Under the pieces are notes generated by a model. The model searched no databases, had not been told where the DNA came from, and saw nothing but the letters and a program-made list of their open reading frames with translations. A DNA stretch of 64,000 nt from Octopus sinensis. Its lineage: Eukaryota. The stretch lies in contig NC_043004.1 in NCBI RefSeq assembly GCF_006345805.1, positions 51,584,001 through 51,648,000 of the forward strand. The letters run 5' to 3'. This document shows positions 35,879-47,110 of this stretch, piece by piece; the stretch's first letter is position 1, and each line of letters begins with the position of its first letter. The translations under genes were made by a program, and so were the position numbers.

Positions 35879-36994
35879 AAATATAATAGTATTGTAATAA
35901 TACTAGACTTCTTACGTAGTGATGTTATCTGTATAAGTTATAAGGAGTTATTTTGATTATATATCTTAGAATATTAGCGTATTTTGACTTTTTACAATCA
36001 ATTTCTTATAATTTAATTATTATAAACCTCTGTTAACTTAGTATATATGTATTTTTATGTCTTTTGATAGACAAACATAAACGGGTATTCTATATTTTAT
36101 AATTTAGTAAATGTTTGAAAGAAACATAGCGGTAAAGATGCGGACATTTTTAGTTCTAAAATATTTTGTTTACGAAAAATACGGTGTCACATGAATTATG
36201 TACCTTATGACAAATTACACTCTCCATCTAGGTATAATTATATGTATGATTGCATTTACGGATTTATGGACATATGTGAGTGGATCTGTTTGTAAACACT
36301 TAGTTAATACCACCACCATGGTGCCATCCGGGGCGGGTGGATGTCTGCATGCATGTATGTGCAATCGGTTGAGTTCCTCTGTTTGCATGTGTATAGTTGG
36401 GATAGTACCTCTTATGTTATTTATTTAATTATTTATTTATGATTTGGTTGTGTATGTGGGTATGTCTGTGTGTATGTGTGTGGGTGTGTGTATACATATA
36501 ACTAGGTATGTATGTGCGCACGCTTTGTGGATGTGCGTGCGCGTGTGTATGTTTCCTAGCTAACTAACCGTAAAATTTCTATTGTAATTCAAATTTAAAA
36601 GTATAGGCCAATCGAATCCATCTGTGTAAATTAATACCATGCGGGCAGGGGAATTCGACTGATTGCGTATATATGCGGATGTCCGCTTGCATTGGATGGT
36701 ACCGTCGTGGTAATATTAGCTTTATTGACTTTTTGTGAAATGACACATTTTAATATATTGGACTGTTTAATATATATGCCTGCATTGAGTGTGAGTGTGC
36801 CTGTTGTGGTTTCTTGATGTTGGTTGAGGAGCTGTGGAGTTCAATATGGAACATTATTGTGTTTGTTGATGTATATTGATCTATATTGTTTATATTGTAT
36901 TATTGTGTATATATATATATATGTAAGAATATGAGTATGTATGCACACATATTTATATTTATATGTAAATTATTTAGGATTTGTACTCATACTT

Positions 36995-37125
36995 GCATTA
37001 AAATCTCTGAAGAGGCCGTAAGATATTCTAGTTAATGTCTCATTTATACCTGCATTATATGGCTAATAGGTTAAATGAGACATACCTGTCTTCATGGCCG
37101 AAACAGGTGTCAGCTACAATGTAAA
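36995..37125 (+). ncRNA. Type I hammerhead motif with a ~85-nt helix II
   Basis: CTGAAGA(37007-13)-GGCC...GGCC-GAAAC(37100-04)-AGGT-GTC(37109-11). Internal 12-bp stem ATGTCTCATTTA/TAAATGAGACAT. Helix I is weak. Confidence 0.65.
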
Positions 37126-37265
37126 TGTATTTCTATGTCTTGTTACATTTGTACTATATTAATGTATAATATCATTGCTATTGTGTAGTGTATTAATAAA
37201 GTATTGATTCGGTATTATCTAATAGTTGATGATTGATTTAGATATATTTCTCCATTTTCTCATTT

Positions 37266-37311
<46 letters not shown>

Positions 37312-37318
37312 TATGTAA

Positions 37319-37370
<52 letters not shown>

Positions 37371-37844
37371 ATATGTATGTATATTTATATATATATATAT
37401 GTGTGTGTATATGTATGTATATTTATATATATATATATGTATATATGTATGTATATATATATATGTGTGTGTGTATATGTATGTATATATATATATGTAT
37501 ATATATATGTGTGTGTGTATATGTATGTATATATATATATGTATATATATATATATGTGTGTGTGTATATGTATGTATATTTATATATATATATATGTAT
37601 ATATGTATGTATATATATATATGTAAATATATATATATATGTATATATATATATATGTACATATATATATACTAGCATTAGAGACCCGTTGTTGCCGGGT
37701 CATAGTGCTAGTGCATGTATATATGTGTATATATGTGTACATATTACATGTACATCTATATATATACATCTACACATAAAATACAAAATGCAAAGTTATA
37801 TATTGATATCACTAGTGATAACAATACTCAAAATATATAACAGA

Positions 37845-38165
37845 CTGGAATTGTTAACCCGTCTCTTGTAAATTCGATCAATTGTATCTTGTCCTCTTTC
37901 TTGTATAGAAGTGTGGCTACAATCCAGCCTACCTCTAATTCTGTGGGGTGGGGGAGGCATTTAAAATTTTTTTCCGGAACGTCCTAAGTCCCAGATATAA
38001 AGGTAAAAATAAAATATTTCCATTTTGCAAGTTCGAGTCGAGTACTTCCTTGCATGCTCCATTGACTCGAACCTTGCTTCTATTGTGGCAAATTTACCGC
38101 CTCTGATTAGATATCTTTCATAGTCGCACCAAGACACTTTTCGAAGGTGCTTTCCTCCATGTTGT
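37845..38165 (-). pseudogene. Degenerate ORF1 fragment of an older, related Tx1 family (3' part, split by the young LINE)
   Basis: Frameshifted translation MEESTFEKCLGATMKDI/YLIRGGKFATIEARFESMEHARKY/ILFLPLYLGLRT/PTELEVGWIVATLLYKKEDKIQLIE aligns with the intact ORF1 segments IEEKKSENCLKPLMDKITYINRGKRYGTVEVRFTTEEIAKKL/IVLLPLYRGKRT/PPEADAECLVAAVMVGLEEKINILQ. Confidence 0.8.
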
Positions 38166-38399
38166 TTTATTATTACCCACAAGGGGCGAACACAGATGGG
38201 ACAATACAATCTGATGATGGGGTCAGATACACGATATGGGTTTTACAAAAAAGCGAATTTTAAAAATTTACAAAAATAGACAGAAATCGAATGTTGGAAC
38301 AGACCGGAAGACATTACGGATGGAGTGGGTGCGGGTTTAGCTCGGACCCCACGAGCCCCGCCTCCCCACTGATACTTTTGGTTTCGTTTGGTTTTACAT

Positions 38400-41300
38400 T
38401 TATGTTGTATCATTCACTCGCAACTTTCGTGCTACATCTTTCCATCGTTCTTCATACACTCTCCTTGTCAGGCATATTCTCTCCAGCCCTATCTTCCTTT
38501 TCAGGTGAAAGATGAAATAATTCATCAAACCAGGGCCGGAGATGAACTTGCCTGACTGTAAACCTTTCATTCTCGTCTTCCATATCACCTCTTTCGCAAT
38601 TGCTACTACAACGAGAAAACGAAACTTACCTTCATTCACGAGGAAATCCGGTGGGTCAATTTTTGTAATCGACTCAGTCGACAGCTGTACTCTTCGTGTA
38701 CTTGACAACAGCTGTTCGGCATAAACCCACACCTCAGACACGTCCGGACAATGAACAATAGCGTGCGGGACGGTTTCCCTATCCCGCCCGCATCTTGGAC
38801 ATATCGGACTGTCTTGGCCACCGTGCCTTGCGAGTTTATCCCGAACAGGTAGAGCTCCTCTGTAGCATTGCCATGCCAGAGACTTCTGGAAGTTGTCCAG
38901 TGTCTTCGGCTTGAACGTACGTCGGAACAGACTGGCCAGCTGATTATCGTTGAGACCTAGGGTTTCCCCGAAGGTATCTTCACATTCCGCCTCTACCAAC
39001 CCTCTATAGAAGAATGTGGTGGAACCCCCACCACAGGCGTTGCCCGAGCGACGGAATAGCAGGAGAGCCTTGCGACACTCCGTGTACCAAGTGCCAAGTT
39101 TCGATCTACGATTCAGCCAGGTTTCCTATCCACCGAAACTAGTGAACTTGGGAAACATCAGTTTTGCTAGCGGAGACCACACCCGTTCACCATCCAGGTA
39201 GAGCCACAGATGTCTTAACCTCAGCGCATGTCTGCGCATCATCAGCCAAGGCATCCCTAGCCCACCCTTTAACGGTTGTTGACAGCAAGTAGAGCGTTTC
39301 ACAAGTGGTTTCCCGCCCTTCCACATGAAGTAGAAGAGCTGTCTTTCCAACTTGATCAACCACGAATCAGGGCAAGGAACGACGGAAAGGCGGTAGGTGA
39401 TGACTGATGCGATAAACACATTGGCCACCTCCGCCCTCCCTTTCAGGGATAGCCACCGCCAAGACCAGGTCTTGGTTACTACAGCCACCCTGCTCGATAC
39501 CTCGTCCCAATTCTTCTCTATTTGGAGGTCTGGACCGAACCAGACCCCTAGCAATTTAATCGGACCCTCCGTCCAACGTCCCACGACGCTGTCAGGAGGC
39601 ATCGACTTGCCTCTCCAGGTGCCGAGTTGCAAGCCGACTGACTTTTCGCGATTAACTTTTGCTCCTGTCACCGTCTCGTAAACCTCTATGGCCTTGCCTA
39701 CTTTACGTAGGTGGTTCATTTCGGTTACGATGATGGTGATGTCATCCGCGTACGCTGACACCGATTTTCCACTACCTGGCTGTCTCGGGATGCCGCTCAG
39801 TTTTCGCAGTAATGGCTCAAGAGCCATCACGTACAAAAGCGGGGAGAGCGGACACCCTTGACGAACCGAGCGCTTGATTTTGAACGGCTTCTTGTCGAAG
39901 CCGTTCACCCGAACTACCGAGTCGATGTTATCGTAAATTTGGATAATCCACCTGAGGAAGCCAAGGCTCAGCCCGAACTGTGCCAGGGCAGATACCAGGT
40001 AACGATGGTCGACCCTATCAAATGCTTTAGATTGGTCTAAATGGACCAGAGCCCCACCCTTGCCAGAATCGCTATTAAACCCCTCTATAGTGTACCGCAT
40101 AAGATGGAGATTATCCTGAATGGTTCTGCCAGGAACGGCACATGTCTGTGCCTCCCCGATCAGACCATTCGCGACACGCGCCAATCTTTTCGATAACACT
40201 TTGGCCAAAATCTTCAACTCTGTGTTTAGCAGAGTGATGGGCCTGAAATTATCAATGCACTCCCCCTTGCTCGGGTCCTTTCTGACGAGTGTCACTACTC
40301 CCCGGCGCACAGATCTGGGTATAAGCCCGTTCTGCTGCCAGTTTGCATAGACCTCCGCCAGTAGGTGCCCGAACAAGTCTGGCATACTCTTATATAACTC
40401 ATTGGGTAGACCATCCAAACCCGGCGCCTTGCCCGCGCCGCAGTCCGCCATTGCCTCAACCACCTCCTCAGGCGTGATTGGCCCTTCACAGCCCTCCGCA
40501 TCTCGCCCCGATAAGCGCGGCAGCCCGTCGAGTAGGTCCGTAAAGGCCCTCCTCCTATCCAGTCCGCCGCACTCACCGAAAAGCTGAGCGAAGTGCTCCT
40601 GAAAGGCCTCACACATCTCCTCGGGCTCGTTTATCAACTCACCTTGTTGGTTCGTCAAAGATCGAATCGTGGCATCGTTACCATGCTGAGCTTCCACCAC
40701 TCGGGCCCATCTCACGGCGTTGATTCCTTCACAACCCATATGGCGGATCCTAGCCCTGACAATGCAGCCCATGTGTTTGGCCTCGAGGTGCTGGTTTAAC
40801 ACCAGTCTCTTGGACGCCACCTGAGCCGCAGAGCCAGTTTTCAAGGCTTCCTCTAATTCCTTAACTAGAGTAGTTTCCCTTCTAGCCTCTCTAGCCACTA
40901 CTCCTATGCTATATCTAATTGACTCGAACTTGATGGCTCGTTTGAGGGCGTACCACCATTTGTTATTAATGATGGTACCAGATAGTGCCCTCTGAATTAT
41001 ATTCCTAATCCGGTCTTTGTACTCCTTAATCGCCAAAAGGGACGTATTAAGTTTCCAGTAACCGGATCCTCTATTTTTAACCTTATCTATGTCAAGCTTA
41101 CAGGTGACCATTTTATGATCACTGTAGCTGATCGGGTAAAACTGTGGACACTTAGCTATTTTTCTGTCTACTTTTCTAATTAGTATTCTATCTAAATACG
41201 ACCTGGAAGATCCGTCGCTGTTTGACCATGTCCACAATGGAGCGTTCGGAAATTCCAGCCTATAAGGATCTGCTAGCTCAAAGCGGCTTAGCAGTTCCAT

Positions 41301-41792
41301 GAAGCCACTGTTACCTTTTCTATCTGAACGCGAGCCAACACAATCTACATCCGCTTTGCAAATTGTGTTAAAGTCTCCTAGCACAACTAATGAATGCGAA
41401 GTACCAAGAAAGTTTTCTAGTTCACGAAAATAATCACTTTGCCCTGTACTGTTGGGTGCGTAAATTGCAACCAGTCTGATAACTTTACCGTTACTGAACG
41501 TCAAATCCATGACGACCAGCCTACCTTCTGGATCTGCAAAAATTAACTTTTTCTCAGAAACCCGATTTCTTTTTATTAGGACCAACACCCCACTTCCGCC
41601 AGTAGGACTGCCAGGAGAGAAAAAACTCTCGTAGCCGTCAAACAGCGGGAGTAGACCTCTTGGCCCCTCTAACTGGGTTTCTGTAGCAACAATAACATCT
41701 AAATTACGCGACCTGATATGCAGGAAGCGACCTTGCTTCCAGCCTGCTCCCAGGCCGCGCACATTCAAACAACCAACATAAATGTAATCCAT
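38400..41792 (-). CDS. Tx1 ORF2 (APE endonuclease + reverse transcriptase + zf-RVT), 1130 codons with a single in-frame TAG at 39126-39128
   Basis: Motifs GCLNVRG, VLGDFN, SYLDRIL, YSDHKMV (APE); PGLDG, FRPITLLN, DQSKAFD, RQGCPLS, AYADD (RT); CPRCGRDRETVPHAIVHC. ORFs 39126-41792 and 38400-38999 are in the same frame, and the 42 intervening codons (39000-39125) are open. Confidence 0.93.
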
Positions 41793-41801
41793 TACTTACC
41801 T

Positions 41802-43118
41802 TTATATCAGTGGTTCGGTTTTTTCTTTTTCTTCTTTGTTTATCTCTTTTTCTGGGCCTCGTGGGGGAGTCTGACGTAGGCCCTCGAATATATATGGAGA
41901 TGTTAAATCCATTCTGAGCGGGCCTACGTCATGAAAAAATTCGGACTTTATCCGCCCGTAATCCTTCCGGCCTATTCTGTAAACTATATAGTCATTCTTT
42001 TTTCCTATTTTTTCCACTTTGGCCATAGCTGCCAACACGTTCCCGAGTCTGTTGTTTGATGCCTTAACGGCCATATATGAGTTAATCGACTCTCTTTTCT
42101 TCTTTTGGATCACTCTGGGAGGGGTGGTTTCCGTTTTTCTTTTTTTCCTGGTGATTTTTGACCACCCCTCCTCATTGCTCTTTTTTTCCTCTGCCGCTGG
42201 TTCTGCTGCCTCTGTCACCTCCACACCTTCACTCGTCCCTTCTGGGCCGCCCGGCGCTGCTTCTGGTGACACTTCATCTTCTTTTTCACCTGGCTGAGGT
42301 GCTTCCTGCGGTTTGGGTTGGGGTTGGCATTCCGCCCTTACATGACCCTTCTTGCCGCAGCCGAAGCACCTCGGCTTTCTGCCTTCTACGAAAACTGTTA
42401 TTCTATCGTCTTCACTTATTTTTAGGGTTTCTGGAATCTCCTCCAGTGTTTGAATTTCTGCCTGAATGGCTATTACTATCCGCTGCCCTTTCCAGAATTC
42501 CTCCTCCTCTACTGTGGCCTGGAGGATGTTTATTTTTTCCTCCAGGCCTACCATGACTGCTGCCACCAGACACTCGGCATCTGCTTCTGGCGGAATGTTA
42601 TTCATCGTGATTTTCGATGTTCTTTTTCCTCTATACAAGGGGAGGAGAACAATGTTCTCCGCTTTTATTGGCTCCATCGACAGTTTTTTTGCTATTTCCT
42701 CTGTTGTGAAACGCACCTCTACTGTGCCGTATCTCTTTCCTCTGTTGATGTATGTGATCTTGTCCATTAATGGTTTTAAACAATTCTCGCTTTTTTTTTC
42801 CTCAATTTTTTGTATCATTTTGCTTGTCGTATTAAAGGTCTTATAGATTATTCTTCTTTTTTCGATTTCTTCATGTTTTTGGGCGTTTGAGACCACTGTC
42901 ACTTCCGTGCCCTCTTTTGTAACACAGTCTGCATATTTCTTTAAGTCTTCTACGTTTATTTTTTTGATTTTCTTACCAGCTACTTCTGAGAATTTTTTCG
43001 CTGGTGCTGGTGCAGGGGTTTCCTTTTTCTTTGGCGCCACCGCCTCTTTTTTCTTTGTCGACACCGCCGGAGATTCTTCTTCACTAGTCACGGGAGAATA
43101 TGAGATGGGGGATTCCAT
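41802..43118 (-). CDS. Tx1 ORF1 (gag-like RNA-binding protein, ~438 aa from MESPIS)
   Basis: Uninterrupted ORF. Zinc knuckle CFGCGKKGHVRAEC at 42327-42368, RRM-like RYGTVEVRF segment, basic C-terminus. Confidence 0.9.
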   Translation of the reverse strand: MESPISYSPVTSEEESPAVSTKKKEAVAPKKKETPAPAPAKKFSEVAGKKIKKINVEDLKKYADCVTKEGTEVTVVSNAQKHEEIEKRRIIYKTFNTTSKMIQKIEEKKSENCLKPLMDKITYINRGKRYGTVEVRFTTEEIAKKLSMEPIKAENIVLLPLYRGKRTSKITMNNIPPEADAECLVAAVMVGLEEKINILQATVEEEEFWKGQRIVIAIQAEIQTLEEIPETLKISEDDRITVFVEGRKPRCFGCGKKGHVRAECQPQPKPQEAPQPGEKEDEVSPEAAPGGPEGTSEGVEVTEAAEPAAEEKKSNEEGWSKITRKKRKTETTPPRVIQKKKRESINSYMAVKASNNRLGNVLAAMAKVEKIGKKNDYIVYRIGRKDYGRIKSEFFHDVGPLRMDLTSPYIFEGLRQTPPRGPEKEINKEEKEKTEPLI

Positions 43119-43342
43119 CTCGAACAACTGGCTTAACAAGCCCTTGGTAAATCCAAGATAAATAATATTTTTCCCCCACGGAGGGGGGAACACCACCACG
43201 AAGTCCTCGCACGAAGGCTGACTTCAACAGTTGTACGACAAAAACAAAGACAAATAGACACACAGTATAATATAACGTAGAAAATATACACTAAGGAAAA
43301 TTGTAAAAACTCACTACACACGCGATTTGCGTTCCGCCATGT

Positions 43343-43420
43343 GTGAAAATCTTCTTTTTTCTCTACATTGTATACTTTATAGACAATAGTCTTTTCTTTA
43401 ATTTAAGTTTTTTATTATCT
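43343..43420 (-). pseudogene. 5' continuation of the same older Tx1 ORF1
   Basis: IKEKTIVYKVYNVEKKEDFH aligns with ORF1 IEKRRIIYKTFNTTSKMIQK and joins in frame to NMEESTFEKCL on the far side of the LINE. Confidence 0.7.
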
Positions 43421-44118
43421 ATCTGGACTATTCCATGTCTGCACACTAATTTTATTTTTAATTTATTCCCATTCATGTAAAACCACTTATTCAAGTTCAA
43501 GTCATTGAAGCAATTTTATACCAATTGCTATTTTAACTTTTGTTATGTTACGATTATATTATACTTTAGTTTGATTTTAATTATTACTTACTACATATAA
43601 TTCAATTGTTATTATTATTTTTATTGTTAAATGAAAGCATAAAATAGAGAAATGTTTTTGTTTCGCTTTTAACACGTAATACTGAAATAGTGGAGAAGAT
43701 ATGATATTGCTATGGGCTCGCTCTAGGCAAGAAGTTGAACATTTTTTTGCCCATGAAACTACATGGACCTTAAGTAAGGCATGTGTACAATTTGAATGGA
43801 AGTGGTTGTGTAGTTCTCAAGTTTTAGGGAAACACACAGACAGACAGACACACATTCTCAGTTTTATATATATAAAGATGTATATATTTTTTTTTTGTAC
43901 TTGTTTCAGTCATTTGACTGCGGCCATGCTGGAGCACCGCCTTTAGAGTGGTGAAAGAGTACAGCAGGGATCACCACCATCCCCTGCCGGAGCCTCGTGG
44001 AGCTTTTAGGTGTTTTCGCTCAATAAACACACACAACGCCCGGACTGGGAATCGAAACCGCGATCCTCCGACCGCAAGTCCGCTGCCCTAACCACTGGGC
44101 CATTGCGCCTCCATATAT

Positions 44119-44162
<44 letters not shown>

Positions 44163-44906
44163 ATATATATATATATATATATATGTATTTAACATTCATA
44201 GATGACTAAAAAAACTTCACTGTAAACTTGAAATTGAATTCTATTTTCTAAAATTAATCTAGTTTAAAATTAATAAGGCTTTCCCCCAGTTAAAAAGTAC
44301 TATGCCTACTCATAATAAGTGATAGCGTTTTTTTCCCCTTTTTTCTCTAAATTACACTCTCTGTGAATGGGATTGGGACCATTTGACATTGACCTAGTTC
44401 TCTCATCAAATAGTAGTAATTGGCATTTAGTAGTGGCAATTGCTGTCTTCAACATGAATTCCTTTTATGGAGTTCTGAAACCCTCTTTACCCCATTTCCA
44501 CAATTAAAAAAATCTTTATTACTTCCAACCTTACAGCAGCCAGGAACAACCAAATCTTAGTCAGTCAGTGGAGGGACTCCATTACCTCATATGTTCTTGA
44601 AATTTAAATCCACATCTTTGTCTATATATCTACCTTAGCTATAATGTTGCCACTTGATTTGAAAATTTTGTATTAATGGAAAACCTCTATAATTTTGCAT
44701 CTTATTTCTGTTATAATACTTACAACATTTAATAAAATGATGTAGTACGAAACGATCGTACCAAATTACCGGAGTCATTCTTCTTGCGAAGAACTGAAAT
44801 CGGTTTTTTTCTGTAGCGAGTAAATTATATGTGGAAATTGATGATTTAATAGTCTGTTATCAGCATATTGGCATTGAAATAATTTTCTTTAGCCCTTACT
44901 TATAAG

Positions 44907-44957
<51 letters not shown>

Positions 44958-45014
44958 ATATATATTTATATTTATGTAAGCTATATGAAATCTCTCAGCC
45001 TGATGTAAACACTA

Positions 45015-45590
45015 GTAATATGGAATTGTAACATATACTTGCCAACCAAGTGTGGTATCCTACGTGGGTCAGTCCTACTGAATTTTATAGCCCCAGGAGG
45101 ATAATCTCTTCCAGCTGGCTAACGACACATTCTGTGTCCGATTAGTATTTGCAAGAGGAGGTCATCACTCCGAACCCTAGCCGTACGTGATATACACATG
45201 TATTGAGTTTCTGGGTGGTTACCCATCCTCACTGTGTGTTAATCACCAGCTAGTGATGGAAACTCACCCCCCCCCCGCAAAATACTATATGCTTTTTTCA
45301 GTGATGAACCGTTGCTGATCTTGAAAATGGAGAAATAAGTTATATTAAATCACTGAGCGAGATATAAACAGTAGCAATATGGAATCATAACATATAATTG
45401 CTAACCAAGTGTGGCATTGCACACCAGACAGTGCTACTGACATTTAGAACCCCAGGAAGACATCTCTTCCAGGTGGCTAATGATACACATTGTATATTTG
45501 ATTAGTATTTGCGAAGGGAGGTCATCGCACCCATCCCTATCCTTATGTGATACACATGAATTCGAGTTTCTGGGTGGTTACCCTTCCTGT
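45015..45590 (-). repeat. Two diverged ~215-bp tandem copies of an unidentified interspersed repeat
   Basis: 45015-45230 and 45372-45588 share CCAAGTGTGG, CCCCAGGA.GA, GATTAGTATTTGC and GAGTTTCTGGGTGGTTACCC. Confidence 0.75.
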
Positions 45591-46717
45591 TTATTTTCTC
45601 TTATTCCTTTCTGTTGAAGTGTGTAGGCTGAAAACGTAAAGAACATTTTCACCTTCACACACATCAAGCTAATACACTTGCTTGTTGTTCATACAACTGT
45701 CTTCGTCTTTTGTTTTTCTATAAATATCAACTGTATATATATATATATATAATATATATATATATATGTTTTGTGTGCCTATGTTTGTCACCCCTTCCAT
45801 CGTCTAACAACCAATACTGGCGTGTTTACATCTCCATAATCTAGCAGTTCAGCAACAGGAACCGAGAGAATAAGTACTAGGCTCACAAAGAATAAGTTCT
45901 GGGGTCAATTTGTTCAACTAAAGGTGGTACTCCAGCATGGCCACAGTCAAATGACTGAAACAAATAAAAGAGTTACACATACACACACACACACATATAT
46001 ATATATAAAACAGAGTTTGTGTGTGTGTCTGCGTGTGGTGCTTATGTTCCTTATGGATTTGAAAACTGAGTTGCCGATTTTGACATATGAGGTTTCAAAA
46101 GATGCAGCAATCTTTTGCCTACTAAATGAAGTATGTTTTTTGCCCAAAAGCTCTTTTTGACTACAAAAATAACCTCGAAAATGAGGTTGGGTCTCGCAAT
46201 TTTGAAGTCATTTTCGGGCTATATTTACTCTTGTAACGTTTACGCTACATATACATACACTAGCAATGCACCCCGGTGTTATGACCCACAGCCACATTGT
46301 ATTATTTATACGTACATACTCAGTTTTCGAGTTCAAGCAGAATGTATGCACCACACACAATGCACTCCGGCGTTGCCCAGGTCATTGATGACAATAACAC
46401 CTCGACCAACTGGTATCGCAGTACATGTCTCTGATAAGGAAAAATTGATTTGAAATTGTACCAGTCAGTGAATACGGTGTGCATCCCGACCTGTGAAAGG
46501 CACGCATCGTGGGCAGCCTCAGGTGTGTACATGACTTTAATTTGCCCTCTCGATGAAATAAGTATCCGTCAAGCACCGAGGGCGACGTCATTGACTTCCC
46601 CCTCCCCTCAAAAACTACTGACGTACCAAAATTTGAAACCCTTGTTATAACTAAGATGGCGATCTGGCATAATCATTAGCATGCCTATATATATATATAT
46701 GGCATAATCATTAGCAG

Positions 46718-47110
46718 GGGTGGTTGTGTGGTAAGTAGCTTGCTAACCAACTACATGGTTCCGGGTTCAGTCCCACTGCGTGGCATCTTGGGCAAAGTGT
46801 CTTCTGCTATAGCCCCGGGCCGACCAATGCCTTGTGAGTGGATTTGGTAGACGGAAACTGAAAGAAGCCTGTCGTATATATGTATATATATATATATATG
46901 TTTATGTGTGTTTGTCCCCCTAGCATTGCTTGACAACCGATGCTGGTGTGTTTACGTCCCCGTTACCTAGCGGTTCGGCAAAAGAGACCGATAGAATAAG
47001 TACTGGGCTTACAAAGAATAAGTCCTGGGGTCGATTTGCTCGACTAAAGGCGGTGCTCCAGCATGGCCGCAGTCAAATGACTGAAACAAGTAAAAGAGTA
47101 AAAGAGAGAG
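46718..47110 (+). mobile_element. SINE family A
   Basis: Near full-length copy. Confidence 0.9.

Larger units (their letters stand above)
38166..43345 (-). mobile_element. Full-length Tx1/L1-clade non-LTR retrotransposon (~5.2 kb)
   Basis: 5' UTR, ORF1 with a CCHC knuckle, ORF2 with APE, RT and a C-terminal CxxC..HxxxxC finger, then a 3' UTR ending in GCCCCTTGTGGGTAATAATAAAA. Confidence 0.95.
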
